64,000 nucleotides of DNA from an uncultured Pelagibacteraceae bacterium (GCA_902580665.1 CACHLP010000002.1:6337-70336); one strand, 5' to 3'; shown: positions 9,024 through 20,028, counted from the first letter of the stretch. A program made the numbers and translations. The notes: generated by a model not told the origin, from the letters alone.

Positions 9024-11111
9024 TTAAATTTGTGGTCCAAAAACTCTATTTTTTCCATAATTATTTGTAGATCCAAATGGCTTAAGTACTATTGTAAAGC
9101 TAAAACCATCGCTTTCTTCAATATCCCTGTCTTTTGTTAAATCTCTATAATAATTAAAGTCAATCCCTAAACAATCATTTTCATATAACACACCATATTG
9201 ATAGCCTATATTTTTGTTTGTATCTAAGTTTTTAGAACCAGTAAATTTTATAAATAGATTTTTCTCTAAATTATATTTTCCTCCTAAAGCAATTTGCTCA
9301 GATGGGTTATCATATTTACCAGATGTATAATCATAATTAGTTGCAATAATTAAATCCCCAAATACATTGAAAGAGTTAGTACTCAAGGATTTTGTCTTTA
9401 AATCGTCTCTGTCAACGACTAGTGAACTGTATAAATAATTATTAGAATTTAAAACTATATTAGAATTAAAAAAATAATCAGATATTTCTTTGGCTGTATC
9501 TCTATTATTTTTATTAAAGCGATAACTCTGTCCGATTATTGTTTTTACGTCAATCCCCTCTGTAGAATTTATAAACCATTCTAAACCATAATTAATTCTG
9601 GGACCACTTTCCCAATCTGTTACAGATGTTGCCCTGTTTGGGGAAAATAGATTACTATTTGTAACTGCAATTGCAGAGGTATAATTATTGAAAGGTGCAA
9701 TAATTGGCATTAAAACAGGGGTAAGTGTTTGATTGGTTAACGAGGATGTTTTCAGTAAAGGAAATGAAATCTTTGAACTTAATTGTGGGTAAAAACGAAC
9801 ATTGCTTGTATCTTTTTTTGATTTTTCATCAATTGATATTGACGTAATTCTTATATTAGCCTCATTATCGGTTATTAATCCATAATTTTTATGAAATCTC
9901 TGATTATTCCAGTCTAACTGAGAGGAAGCAATTGTCTCGTAAGTTTCGCTTAAATTCTGTCTAAAAGAAAAAGTGTTATTTAGAGATACATTTCCTTCAA
10001 ATAAATTATTTTCGATATTATTAATATTGTAAACGATATTCGGATATAAATATTCCCATTGTTTGTCTTGAGTGGTCAGATGTTTATAACCGATTGACTC
10101 AACGGAAAAAAAAATGTTATTGGTTTCTCTTTGAAAATCAAAACCTGACTTTAGTACCGTAAGTTTATTGATCTTATTCTTGCGCATATAAGTATCATTA
10201 TTGCTTGTCTTAACATATGCCTGAAGTGTTCCATAAGGATTAAAAATTGTACTGTCAAAGAAAAGATGATTGCTTGTTCCACTATTATCGTCATTATCAT
10301 CAACGCTTGCATTTAAGTCTAACTTTAAAGTTTTATTGAGATGCCTATAATTAAGATTAAAAAAATTATTTTTTTTAGTTTGTATATTTGGCGTAAATGT
10401 AACATCCTTATTACTACCCAAATTTATAAAAATTGGGATTGAAAAGGTATCTCCCAATTGATTATCAGTCTGAATAGTTGGCATCAAAAAACCTGACCTC
10501 TTTTTGACTGACGGATCTGGATGAGAAAAGTATGGTAAATAAAAAACTGGGACGTTAAATAATTGAATTTGAGCATGATCATAATGAATAGTCTTTGTTT
10601 TATTATCATGGTAAATTCTTTTAGATTTAAGTTTCCAGCCAGGACAATCCTTAATTAAATAGTCATTTTCAAGGCATGGTGTATACTCTGTGTTTTCAAT
10701 TATACTAATATTATTTTGTTTATTATAACTTTCACCAACTATTCTTGAACCATCGTGAAGCCTCACTTTTAGGCTTGATCCACTAATTTTATTAAGGTTA
10801 TCACTTGAAGAAAGTTCATTTAGAAAAAATGTATTTTCTGACTCGTCATTTATAATAACTTCACCAATAGCATTTAAATTTTTGTTTTCTCTATTGTAAA
10901 TTATTTTATCTGATTTTATTTTTATTTTATTTTCGTTAATCGCGATCGCATCACCAGAAGCAATAACTTTTTGATCTAATTTGTCTATGCTAACTTCATC
11001 AGCATAGATTTTTATTAATTGTTCTGCTATTCCACTACTAAGAGAACAAATAAAAAATAATATTATGAAACCAATAATAAATTGTATATTTATTTTACTG
11101 AAGAATAACAT
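9024..11111 (-). CDS. lptD: LPS-assembly outer-membrane protein LptD
   Basis: 695 aa with an N-terminal signal-like segment, an OstA-like N-domain (IKIYADEVSIDKLDQKVIASGDA) and a long Asn/Tyr/Phe-rich beta-barrel body. It is flanked by lptG upstream and surA-like/rsmA downstream. Confidence 0.85.
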   Translation of the reverse strand: MLFFSKINIQFIIGFIILFFICSLSSGIAEQLIKIYADEVSIDKLDQKVIASGDAIAINENKIKIKSDKIIYNRENKNLNAIGEVIINDESENTFFLNELSSSDNLNKISGSSLKVRLHDGSRIVGESYNKQNNISIIENTEYTPCLENDYLIKDCPGWKLKSKRIYHDNKTKTIHYDHAQIQLFNVPVFYLPYFSHPDPSVKKRSGFLMPTIQTDNQLGDTFSIPIFINLGSNKDVTFTPNIQTKKNNFFNLNYRHLNKTLKLDLNASVDDNDDNSGTSNHLFFDSTIFNPYGTLQAYVKTSNNDTYMRKNKINKLTVLKSGFDFQRETNNIFFSVESIGYKHLTTQDKQWEYLYPNIVYNINNIENNLFEGNVSLNNTFSFRQNLSETYETIASSQLDWNNQRFHKNYGLITDNEANIRITSISIDEKSKKDTSNVRFYPQLSSKISFPLLKTSSLTNQTLTPVLMPIIAPFNNYTSAIAVTNSNLFSPNRATSVTDWESGPRINYGLEWFINSTEGIDVKTIIGQSYRFNKNNRDTAKEISDYFFNSNIVLNSNNYLYSSLVVDRDDLKTKSLSTNSFNVFGDLIIATNYDYTSGKYDNPSEQIALGGKYNLEKNLFIKFTGSKNLDTNKNIGYQYGVLYENDCLGIDFNYYRDLTKDRDIEESDGFSFTIVLKPFGSTNNYGKNRVFGPQI

Positions 11112-12217
11112 TATATTATTTTTTTTCTTCTTAACTCAGAGTATTGCAGAATAATTGCAGCAATAGAAAATGTTATTATAGGCATGCTAAAATTTGCAAT
11201 TAAAGGATGTATTTGTGATGTAGACCCGAGAGCATTAAGTAAATTAGCGACAAAATATAAAAAAAATATAAGAATTAGTGAACTTATTATAACTTTTGAA
11301 AATTTGTCATTTTGTTTTATCCCTTGTACGAGTGAAAAAGCTAAAAATACAAGAGCAGCAATATAGAATGGCAAGCTAATTAACTCGTATAAATACATTT
11401 TAAAATCGACAGCTGAATATCCTAGTTCTTCAAGAAAATTAATAAAAGTCATTAAGCGCCATATTGAAATACTTGATGGAGAAGAGAGGCCATCCGATAT
11501 GTCTTCTGATTTTATATTTGTATTATACTTTAGAAAATTTTGATACTTGGACTCTCCATACTTAGGTGTAATTTGTATTTCTGACATTTCCCAATAACCA
11601 TCATTAAGTTCAGCCTTTTTACCGTCAATTCTGCCATTAAATGCACCTTTTTTATCATATTCTAATAACATAAAATTATGAAGGGTTTCGCCGCGATTTT
11701 CTGTTTTCTTTGCGTATAAAACGCTATTTAAACCATTTTTATCATTACCCTGTTTGAGCCATAGACCATCTTTTGTAATAGAGGCAAATTTATCAACTCG
11801 ATCAATATATTCATATTTTAAATCTGAATACATATCATCAAATACTGAAATTAATGGATTGGCCAATAAAATAAAAGTAATACCAATAAAAAAATATAGA
11901 GTTACTGGTGTGATTAAAGTTTTTATATTTGATATGCCCATTCCGCTGATTACTATTGACTCTGAATTTCTTATTAAGGTTAAAAAAGTTAATATCGCGC
12001 TTAAGAAGGACGTTATTGGCAATGTATAACTAATTAAATTAGGAAAATTGAATACTGTTAATTGAAGTATAATATTTATAGGAACGTCTTTGCCCGCAGA
12101 TTTCCTAAATTGCTCAACAAAATCTCCAATAAAAAGTATTGAAGATAAAATTAAAATAGTAAAAAGAAACGAATAAGAGAACTTTACTAAAATATAATAA
12201 TTTATTTTATTAAACAT
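11111..12217 (-). CDS. lptG: LPS export ABC permease LptG
   Basis: 368 aa with YjgP/YjgQ-type topology (3 TM, large periplasmic loop, 3 TM). It is the second of a tandem pair divergent from pepA, as in E. coli. Confidence 0.8.
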   Translation of the reverse strand: MFNKINYYILVKFSYSFLFTILILSSILFIGDFVEQFRKSAGKDVPINIILQLTVFNFPNLISYTLPITSFLSAILTFLTLIRNSESIVISGMGISNIKTLITPVTLYFFIGITFILLANPLISVFDDMYSDLKYEYIDRVDKFASITKDGLWLKQGNDKNGLNSVLYAKKTENRGETLHNFMLLEYDKKGAFNGRIDGKKAELNDGYWEMSEIQITPKYGESKYQNFLKYNTNIKSEDISDGLSSPSSISIWRLMTFINFLEELGYSAVDFKMYLYELISLPFYIAALVFLAFSLVQGIKQNDKFSKVIISSLILIFFLYFVANLLNALGSTSQIHPLIANFSMPIITFSIAAIILQYSELRRKKII

Positions 12218-13325
12218 TTCTTTTTTTGAAAAAAAATAAGATTTCTTGATAAAGACAGATAATTACACACACTATCAATGATAATGGAAATAAGTAATTA
12301 AAATATACGATATAATTATTCTCAATTAATAAATTTGAAAGTGTAATTTGTAATATTTGCACTACAAAAGCAATAATAGATACTGTAATTATGGGATATG
12401 TCCAACTATCATCAGGTCTGGCAGAAAATCTGATCATAAGAAGAGGTAAAAGAGAATAAAAAAATATATAAAAAGGATTAATGATTCTCGAGTGAAGATT
12501 AGCAAATTGCTCTTTTTCATTTTTATTATATTCTCCTAGCATCTTCATTTTAAGGTTATTTATAATTTCACCAGTAGATAATTCATCTGGATAGATGTGA
12601 GTACTTTCTTTTTTTCCATGTGGTAAAAGATTCAGATCATAGGTATTAAATGCAACTTCGGATAATCTATTTTCGGTATTACTATAAATTTGAATTGTAC
12701 CGTTAAATAATCTTAAAAATTTATTATCATTTAAATTTATAAACCTACCCTTTTCTGCAATATATGTTTGTGGAGTGTCGGGATTACTTTGATCATGAAT
12801 TAAAAGACCAAAAATTTCATCATTTTTTTTCTCTTCTAAGAAAATGGTAAAATTACTTGTTGGCGATATGAATTTTTTCTCTTTTAAAAGTGAAAGATGT
12901 ACACCTGAAGATCTTATATCAATAATTTTATATCTAATTTCCTTTAAAGAGTAAGGAGTAATAAATAGACTAAAGATCATTATTAATAAATAGATAGTAA
13001 TTGAGAATAAAATTATTGGTTTTATCAAGATATCTTTTTCAGACTTTCCAGATGTACCTAAAATTATTAGTTCACTATCGTTTCGTAATCTATTTAAATT
13101 AAATAGTATTGAAAGAAACACACAAACAGGAAATGTTAAAAGTATAATTTTTGGGAGCAACATAAATATATAAGAAATATAAGTTTCAATCGACACATTG
13201 TTTGTAGTTAATAGGTCAATATGCCTCAGTCCTTGCCCTAACCATAATATCCCTGAAAGCAAAATAGATAGAAACAAAAAACTTGAAGAGATTTCTTTAA
13301 TCGCATATGTTGTAAATCTTGACAT
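12210..13325 (-). CDS. lptF: LPS export ABC permease LptF
   Basis: 371 aa with YjgP/YjgQ-type topology. It is the first of the tandem pair, has an 8-nt overlap with lptG, and is divergent from pepA. Confidence 0.8.
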   Translation of the reverse strand: MSRFTTYAIKEISSSFLFLSILLSGILWLGQGLRHIDLLTTNNVSIETYISYIFMLLPKIILLTFPVCVFLSILFNLNRLRNDSELIILGTSGKSEKDILIKPIILFSITIYLLIMIFSLFITPYSLKEIRYKIIDIRSSGVHLSLLKEKKFISPTSNFTIFLEEKKNDEIFGLLIHDQSNPDTPQTYIAEKGRFINLNDNKFLRLFNGTIQIYSNTENRLSEVAFNTYDLNLLPHGKKESTHIYPDELSTGEIINNLKMKMLGEYNKNEKEQFANLHSRIINPFYIFFYSLLPLLMIRFSARPDDSWTYPIITVSIIAFVVQILQITLSNLLIENNYIVYFNYLFPLSLIVCVIICLYQEILFFFKKRNV

Positions 13326-13365
13326 TTTCTCAATTATATCAATATTTTGTTAAAGGTACAAACGT

Positions 13366-14877
13366 ATGGAAATTCAATTTAAAAATATAAAACAAGATAA
13401 AGGTGCTATTGGCATTATATTTTGTGATCATAATTCTAAGTTGATAGGTTATGGCAAAAAACTAGATCAGCTCTCAAAAAAACACCTATCAAATACAATC
13501 AATGCAGACGAGTCATTCAAAACTAGAAAATCAAAAAATTTTGATTATTTGATCGTTCACAATCCCCAAAACCTTAATCTCTCAAAATTATTTATATTTA
13601 AATTAAAAAATATAAAAAACGCTTCTAATAGAGACTTTCAAATTTTAGGGGGGAATTTACTATCACTTATAAAATTTTATAAAGAAAATAACACCATCAT
13701 CTATCCTGATGGAGTTGGTACATCTAAATTAAGCTTTGTGAACTCTACAAGTGAGTTGCTACTAGGATTTTTATTAGCATCTTACAAGTTTACAAAATAT
13801 TTTTCTAAAAAAAACATAAAAAATGCTAGCAAAAAAACAAAAATCAAAATTTACTCATCCCAATTTTCACGATTAGAAAAACAATATGAAACAGTAAAAG
13901 CAATTCATGAGGGTGTAACGATGACCAGAAATCTTGTTACGGAACCCCCAAATGTTATGACTCCACCTGAAATAGCTAAAAATGCTGCTTCACTTGAAAA
14001 AATAGGATTGAAAGTTACGATTCTTGGTGAAAAAGAAATGTTAAAATTAGGCATGGGATCTTTACTTAGTGTTGGACGCGGAAGTGAACATGAGTCCAAA
14101 CTAGCTATTATGGAATGGAAGGGCCATAGAAATAAAAAGAAAAAACCAATCGCGTTTATAGGTAAAGGAGTATCATTTGACACTGGTGGCGTTTCACTTA
14201 AACCTGCAGGTGGAATGGAAGAAATGAAATATGACATGGGAGGTGCAGGTGTTGTAATTGGTTTAATGAAGACATTAGCCCTAAGAAAAGCTAAGGCTAA
14301 TGTAATAGGTGTTGTGGGTCTTGTCGAAAACCATATTGGAAATATGGCAACAAGACCAAGTGATGTGGTGAAATCTTATTCAGGTCAAACAATAGAGGTG
14401 TTAAATACTGACGCTGAAGGCAGGCTGGTGCTTGCAGATGCGTTATGGTATACCCAGGAGAAATATAAGCCTGAGTTAATGGTTGATTTAGCTACATTAA
14501 CTGGTGCAATAATTATCGCAATCGGAAATGAATATGCAGGATTATTTTCTAATAATGACAAATTAAGTAAGCAGTTGGAAGATGCCGGTAAAATTGAAGA
14601 TGAGAAGCTATGGAGATTCCCACTTCATGATAAATTTGATAAAATGATAAATTCTCCAATTGCAGATATGCAAAACATTTCCAGTGGAAGAGGGGCGGGT
14701 TCTATTACTGCAGCTCAGTTTTTACAGAGATTCGTTAATAAGGTCCCTTGGGCGCATTTAGACATTGCTGGAACAACATGGTCAAAAACAAATTTACCTA
14801 CATCTCCAAAGGGAGCAACAGCATTTGGAGTAAAGCTTCTTAACAAATTTGTATCTAAATATCATGAAGGTAAATAA
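13366..14877 (+). CDS. pepA: leucyl aminopeptidase (M17)
   Basis: 503 aa with the M17 signature [12 protein letters not shown] and metal-ligand context ([15 protein letters not shown]). Confidence 0.95.
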   Translation: MEIQFKNIKQDKGAIGIIFCDHNSKLIGYGKKLDQLSKKHLSNTINADESFKTRKSKNFDYLIVHNPQNLNLSKLFIFKLKNIKNASNRDFQILGGNLLSLIKFYKENNTIIYPDGVGTSKLSFVNSTSELLLGFLLASYKFTKYFSKKNIKNASKKTKIKIYSSQFSRLEKQYETVKAIHEGVTMTRNLVTEPPNVMTPPEIAKNAASLEKIGLKVTILGEKEMLKLGMGSLLSVGRGSEHESKLAIMEWKGHRNKKKKPIAFIGKGVSFDTGGVSLKPAGGMEEMKYDMGGAGVVIGLMKTLALRKAKANVIGVVGLVENHIGNMATRPSDVVKSYSGQTIEVLNTDAEGRLVLADALWYTQEKYKPELMVDLATLTGAIIIAIGNEYAGLFSNNDKLSKQLEDAGKIEDEKLWRFPLHDKFDKMINSPIADMQNISSGRGAGSITAAQFLQRFVNKVPWAHLDIAGTTWSKTNLPTSPKGATAFGVKLLNKFVSKYHEGK

Positions 14878-15299
14878 TGAGCACTGAAAGAACATTTTCA
14901 ATTATTAAGCCAGATGCAGTTGAAAGAAATAAAATAGGTGAAATCACCGCAATGCTAGAAAATGCAGGATTGAGGGTTGTTGCCTCTAAGAGGTTAAAGA
15001 TAGATCAGGTAAAAGCTTCACAATTTTATACGACTCATAAAGAGAGACCTTTTTTTCAAAGTTTGTGTGATTTTATGTGTTCAGGACCAATTGTAGTGCA
15101 GGTTCTCGAAGGCGAAGATGCTGTAAAAAGAAATAGAGAAATTATGGGAGCTACTAACCCTGATGAGGCTGCTGATGGTACAATAAGAAAAAAATATGCA
15201 TTATCACTAGAAAAGAACTCCGTTCATGGCTCTGATAGTCTTGAAAATGCAAAAATTGAGATAGGCCATTTTTTTTCAGAAGAAGAGATTATTTCTTAA
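14877..15299 (+). CDS. ndk: nucleoside diphosphate kinase
   Basis: 140 aa with N-terminal [12 protein letters not shown] and the active-site His motif NSVHGSDS. Confidence 0.95.
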   Translation: MSTERTFSIIKPDAVERNKIGEITAMLENAGLRVVASKRLKIDQVKASQFYTTHKERPFFQSLCDFMCSGPIVVQVLEGEDAVKRNREIMGATNPDEAADGTIRKKYALSLEKNSVHGSDSLENAKIEIGHFFSEEEIIS

Positions 15300-15861
15300 G
15301 TACTTTTATTATAGCAGCAGGGTAAAGCTCATGTTCTGCTTTTAGAATTTTTTTTGATAATGTATTTGAATTATCTGCATTTTCAATTGGAACAGAAGTT
15401 TGCATAATGATTTCCCCATCATCTATTTTACTGTTTACATAATGCACACTGCATCCTGACTCGACCTCTCGCGCATCCAATACTCGCTGGTGGGTATTAA
15501 GGCCTTTATATTTAGGTAGAAGCGAGGGGTGTATGTTTATTATTCTGTTTGGATAACAACTTATTAATGTATTGGTAATTATTTTCATATATCCCGCAAG
15601 ACAAATAAGCTCAATATCATAGGGTTTTAATAGTTTTATAATTTCTACTTCATAATGACCCTTGTTCTCAAAATTATTGAAATCTAGAGTGTGAGTATCA
15701 ATATTATTTTTTGAAGCAAACTGAAGACCTTCTGCATTAGCATTGTCAGAAAAAACACATACAACTTTTGCTGGAAATTTTTCATTTTTGCAAGCATTGA
15801 CAATCGACTTTAAATTAGAGCCTCTGCCTGATATAAAAACCCCAATAGGTTTTTTATTCAT
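15289..15861 (-). CDS. purN: phosphoribosylglycinamide formyltransferase
   Basis: 190 aa with GRGSNL and INIHPSLLP formyltransferase motifs. It lies downstream of purM. Confidence 0.9.
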   Translation of the reverse strand: MNKKPIGVFISGRGSNLKSIVNACKNEKFPAKVVCVFSDNANAEGLQFASKNNIDTHTLDFNNFENKGHYEVEIIKLLKPYDIELICLAGYMKIITNTLISCYPNRIINIHPSLLPKYKGLNTHQRVLDAREVESGCSVHYVNSKIDDGEIIMQTSVPIENADNSNTLSKKILKAEHELYPAAIIKVLKK

Positions 15862-16900
15862 TAAAATTTAGTCTTCCTATAAATTTTATACTTTTTTCTT
15901 TAGCAGATTTTTTTATATCAATACTGCCAATTGTATCAGATTTGAATTTATATTTTTTTATGATTTTTCTGACTTCACAATGATTTTTTTCATCAATTAT
16001 GATTACCATTCCATAGCCGCAATTAAATGTTCTTAACATCTCATTTTGAGACACATTAAAACTACCAATCCATTTAAATATTATTGGAAGTTTCCATTTA
16101 TTCAAATCTATTACAGCCTTAGTATTTTTACTGATTGACCTGGGCAAATTTTCGGTTATTCCGCCACCTGTTATGTGTGAACAAGTCTTAATGAGATTTT
16201 TGCCAAAAAGATCAAGAATTACATCAACATAAATATACGTGGGCTTTAATAATATTTTTCCTAATGAATTATTTTTGAAAATTTTCTTTTTTAAACTAAT
16301 GTTATTATCTTTTATAATTTTACGAATAAGTGAAAATCCATTGGAGTGAATTCCAGAAGACTCTATTCCGATAATAAGATCATTTTTCTTTAATTGTAAG
16401 GCTTTCTCTGAAATGCCACTTTTTACTCCAACACAAAAACCAGCTAAATCGTATTTTTCCTTAGTATCGTATCCTGGATGCTCGGCAGTCTCGCCACCAA
16501 GTAAAGCGCAATGTGAAACTTTGCATCCCTTTATAATCCCTTTAATTATATCAATACCTTTTGATATTTTTAATTTTCCAGTTGAGATGTAATCTAAAAA
16601 AAATAATGGAGTTGCTTTATCAACAATCAAGTCATTCACGCACATAGCGACTAAATCTATACCAATTGTTTTATGATCATTCATTTCCTCTGCAATTTGA
16701 ATCTTTGTCCCTACGCCATCCGTTGCTCCAACTAGTATGGGTTTTTTAATTTTAGTACTTAGGGGAAATTGACCAGAAAACCCTCCAATTTCAGACTTAA
16801 TAAGATCTTTATCTTTTTTGATTAAGTTGCTAATTTTGCTTACAAACTCATTTCCTTTGTTGATACTTACACCAGAACTTGAGTATGATATTTTTTTCAT
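15854..16900 (-). CDS. purM: phosphoribosylformylglycinamidine cyclo-ligase (AIR synthetase)
   Basis: It has the ATDGVGTK motif. The start is chosen at MKKISYSSSGVSINKGNEF (ATG 16900), which aligns with the canonical PurM N-terminus. The track ORF extends to 16951. Confidence 0.9.
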   Translation of the reverse strand: MKKISYSSSGVSINKGNEFVSKISNLIKKDKDLIKSEIGGFSGQFPLSTKIKKPILVGATDGVGTKIQIAEEMNDHKTIGIDLVAMCVNDLIVDKATPLFFLDYISTGKLKISKGIDIIKGIIKGCKVSHCALLGGETAEHPGYDTKEKYDLAGFCVGVKSGISEKALQLKKNDLIIGIESSGIHSNGFSLIRKIIKDNNISLKKKIFKNNSLGKILLKPTYIYVDVILDLFGKNLIKTCSHITGGGITENLPRSISKNTKAVIDLNKWKLPIIFKWIGSFNVSQNEMLRTFNCGYGMVIIIDEKNHCEVRKIIKKYKFKSDTIGSIDIKKSAKEKSIKFIGRLNFNE

Positions 16901-16915
16901 TTGTTTACTATATAT

Positions 16916-17992
16916 ATGATTTATCAATTTTTCGCTAAACATATTAAACATTTAATCGCTGTTATTTTAATCTCATCTTTAAATTTTTCTATTACAGCTG
17001 ATGATAATTTATTTTTTTCAGAAATGAATATTGAAGTGAAAATTCCTTATGCCAATAATTCAGACATAAGAAATCTAGCAATTTCAAATGCAGAAAAATT
17101 AGCATTTGAGAAAATTTCAAAAAAACTTCTGTCACCCAGAGACTTCAATAAAATTATTGAATTACATGACATTAATTATGAATATTTAGTAGAGAGTATT
17201 GAGTTTGTTGACGAAAAAATATCATCCGAAACTTATAGTGGCAGCTTTAATGTTTATTTCAGCCCATTCAAAGTTAAAGAGTTTTATGACTCTCGCTCAT
17301 TAATATATTCAGAGCTGAGCTCAAAAGACATTACTGCTAATATAGCATTTTCAAATCACTTTGATTTCTTTACATTGTTTAATAAATGGAACTTAGAATG
17401 GAAAAAAATAAATAATATTGGAAGTAAGATTAATTTGAACGTAGAAACTTTTTCTTCATCTGAAATGCATCAGTTAGATTTATCAACATTTTTAGAAGGA
17501 TCGAATTTGAATCAAATGAACGATGTCAAGGACGCAATATTGATTTGGTGTAACCCAACTAATATGGAGAATAATAGAATTAAATTTGAAATTATTGTTA
17601 AGCTCATTGTCAATAATAAAGAAAATGTATTTAGAAAAACATTTATAGAAGAAAATAACTTTTACAGAGATGATATTTTTGATCAAATTATTTCAGAAAT
17701 TAATTATGAGCTATTATCAGTTTGGATTGATATGACAAAACAATCGAATGACAGGATCCTGTATAATTTTGTTTATGATATTAATTCAATCGATGATTGG
17801 GTAAAACTAAGAACAGAATTAGAAACTTTAGAGCTGCTAGATTCCTTTTACGTGACCTCATTCAATTTATCTAAGGTAGAAGGGATTATTAATTTTTCTG
17901 GCAATAATAATAAGTTAGAACTTATAATGTCTCAAAATAATATTGATATAACTAATATGGGTCCTTACTATAAAATTAGCATGCATGATTAA
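16916..17992 (+). CDS. hypothetical exported protein (position matches DUF2066-type genes next to purM/hda in other proteobacteria; recollection only)
   Basis: ATG 16916 gives MIYQFFAKHIKHLIAVILISSLNFSITA, a signal-peptide-like N-terminus. I recognise no catalytic motif. It is the first gene of the string with pgsA-like and hdaA. Confidence 0.6.
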   Translation: MIYQFFAKHIKHLIAVILISSLNFSITADDNLFFSEMNIEVKIPYANNSDIRNLAISNAEKLAFEKISKKLLSPRDFNKIIELHDINYEYLVESIEFVDEKISSETYSGSFNVYFSPFKVKEFYDSRSLIYSELSSKDITANIAFSNHFDFFTLFNKWNLEWKKINNIGSKINLNVETFSSSEMHQLDLSTFLEGSNLNQMNDVKDAILIWCNPTNMENNRIKFEIIVKLIVNNKENVFRKTFIEENNFYRDDIFDQIISEINYELLSVWIDMTKQSNDRILYNFVYDINSIDDWVKLRTELETLELLDSFYVTSFNLSKVEGIINFSGNNNKLELIMSQNNIDITNMGPYYKISMHD

Positions 17993-18530
17993 GAATATTC
18001 CTAATCTTTTGACAATATTTAGATTAATAACCATTCCTATCGTAGCTTGGTTGTTACTAATTGATTTATTTTTTTACGCAGCTCTTTTTACAATTCTAAT
18101 TGCCGTTAGTGATTTTTTGGATGGTTTCATAGCAAGGTCTTTAAAGGTAGAAAGTGAATTAGGATCTTACTTAGATGCTATCGCTGATAAAGCATTCGTA
18201 ATTTCAATCTATATATTAATCGGAACAGCAAATCTTTTACCAGTGTTTATCATCATCTTAGTTATATCAAGGGATATTATTATCCTAGGCTCTTTTGTGA
18301 TAACATTTTTTGCAGGAATAAAAATCAAAATAAAAACTAGTAAAGTAAGCAAATGTAATACTTTTTTTCAATTTTTTTTGGTCATAGCTACATTTTTTGG
18401 TAATACAGACGGATTTGAAACTTTGATACATGAAGCGAAGTTAATTGAATTACTAATAGGAGTCGTTGTAATTACTACATTAATATCTTTCTTTATTTAT
18501 ACACGATACTGGATAGAAAGTATTAATTAG
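17985..18530 (+). CDS. CDP-alcohol phosphatidyltransferase family protein
   Basis: 181-aa polytopic protein carrying the family motif DG..AR........G...D...D (DFLDGFIARSLKVESELGSYLDAIADK). Confidence 0.85.
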   Translation: MIKNIPNLLTIFRLITIPIVAWLLLIDLFFYAALFTILIAVSDFLDGFIARSLKVESELGSYLDAIADKAFVISIYILIGTANLLPVFIIILVISRDIIILGSFVITFFAGIKIKIKTSKVSKCNTFFQFFLVIATFFGNTDGFETLIHEAKLIELLIGVVVITTLISFFIYTRYWIESIN

Positions 18531-19184
18531 ATGAACAAAGGTCAGTTAGTTTTTGATTTAGGTAAATTCGAAAATTTCGATCCAAAGGATTTTTTTATTA
18601 GTGAGAGCAACCAGCAAGTTTCATCTTTGCTTAATGAATCAAATAATTGGTTCAATGGTTCAGCAGTTATTTATGGTAAGTCAAAATCTGGAAAAACGCA
18701 CTTATTAAAAATTTGGGCGGCTAATAATAACGCTATTTTTCTTAATTGCGATGAAGTAAGTAAATGGAAAAATTTGTCAGAAAAATATAGTTATGCAATT
18801 GATGATTTTCATCATCTCAAATTTGAGAAAGAAAATGATTTTTTTCATTTTTATAATAACTTAGTGCTCAACAAATTTAAAATCCTTTGTTCAGTTGACA
18901 TAGATACTGACTTTAAAATTTCACTTAATGATTTAAGCTCTAGATTTAATTCCTTTACTTCTTCATTTATAGATGATCCAGACGATAGGTTAATAAAAGT
19001 CTTAATAGTTAAGTTTTTTAGCGATTTTCAATTAAAAGTAGAAACCAATGTAATTGAATATATCACTAAACGAGTCGAAAGAGACTATTCAAAGCTATAC
19101 CAATTTTTGGAAAAAATTAATTATTCTTCTTTGCAAACTAAAAGTAAAATTACTATTCCTTTTTTGAGAGATTTTTTGAATTAA
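18531..19184 (+). CDS. hdaA: DnaA-related regulatory inactivation protein HdaA
   Basis: 217 aa with a DnaA domain-III-like AAA+ core and degenerate Walker A (YGKSKSGKTHLL). It has the short size typical of Hda/HdaA. Confidence 0.7.
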   Translation: MNKGQLVFDLGKFENFDPKDFFISESNQQVSSLLNESNNWFNGSAVIYGKSKSGKTHLLKIWAANNNAIFLNCDEVSKWKNLSEKYSYAIDDFHHLKFEKENDFFHFYNNLVLNKFKILCSVDIDTDFKISLNDLSSRFNSFTSSFIDDPDDRLIKVLIVKFFSDFQLKVETNVIEYITKRVERDYSKLYQFLEKINYSSLQTKSKITIPFLRDFLN

Positions 19185-19995
19185 TATAATCATTAAATTT
19201 ACTTAGTTGTTGATTGTACATTTTTTTATTTTTCTCAAAACCAACTTCTCTACCTTTAGATGCATTGATTAGATTTTTGTCTGAAATAACCCAGTTCCTT
19301 GGTATATTTAGGTTTTGTGCACATACCTCTCTCCATTTAGAATATTTTTTTAATAGTTTTTTTTCTTTTGGATTAATATTTTTTATTTTTATCCTTTTGT
19401 ACGCAGTCTTTGGATTATAAATATCATTGTGTTCAGTTAGTTGAAGGTTTTTGTTCTCAATTTTATTAATCAGATTTCTTTTTTTTATAAAATTATCTAA
19501 ATAAGCATAAATTCTTGGTAAATATAGAACATCATTTTTAGCATATAGAAGTTGATATTTGCTAAGCGGTCTTGATTCCCAATCTGAAACTTGATATTTT
19601 TTTGATAATTTTATCTTAAACAGTTTTTCTACAAGACTTGTATAACTAATTTCATCGCCTCCATAAAGAGCATCATAAGCCATTTGCGTATCAAAGATAT
19701 TTTCAACTTTTATATCTAAAGCAAAATTAATTACCTCAATATCCTGTTTAGCTGAATGAATTACTTTTTTTAATTTTTTATCTATTAATATTTTTTTTAA
19801 TTCCTTCATATCCAACTGTTCAATTAGAAGCATGTCGACTAAATATATATTCCGTTGTGTTTTGAATTGAATAGTACATAGTTTTGGCCAGTAAGTTCTA
19901 TCTCTTTTAAACTCAGTATCTAAATAAATAATTTTCTGTTTTTTTAGTAATTTGCATAGATTTTTAAGAGATTTATTGTCTTGGACTATTTTCAT
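19153..19995 (-). CDS. rnd: ribonuclease D
   Basis: 280 aa with DEDD exonuclease motifs (YLDTEF, HSAKQDIEV, YAKNDVLYL) followed by an HRDC-like segment (LLKKYSKWREVCAQNLNIPRNWV). Confidence 0.8.
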   Translation of the reverse strand: MKIVQDNKSLKNLCKLLKKQKIIYLDTEFKRDRTYWPKLCTIQFKTQRNIYLVDMLLIEQLDMKELKKILIDKKLKKVIHSAKQDIEVINFALDIKVENIFDTQMAYDALYGGDEISYTSLVEKLFKIKLSKKYQVSDWESRPLSKYQLLYAKNDVLYLPRIYAYLDNFIKKRNLINKIENKNLQLTEHNDIYNPKTAYKRIKIKNINPKEKKLLKKYSKWREVCAQNLNIPRNWVISDKNLINASKGREVGFEKNKKMYNQQLSKFNDYINSKNLSKKE

Positions 19996-20028
19996 AAATC
20001 AAACTATATATGAACTTAAATTTAAAGC

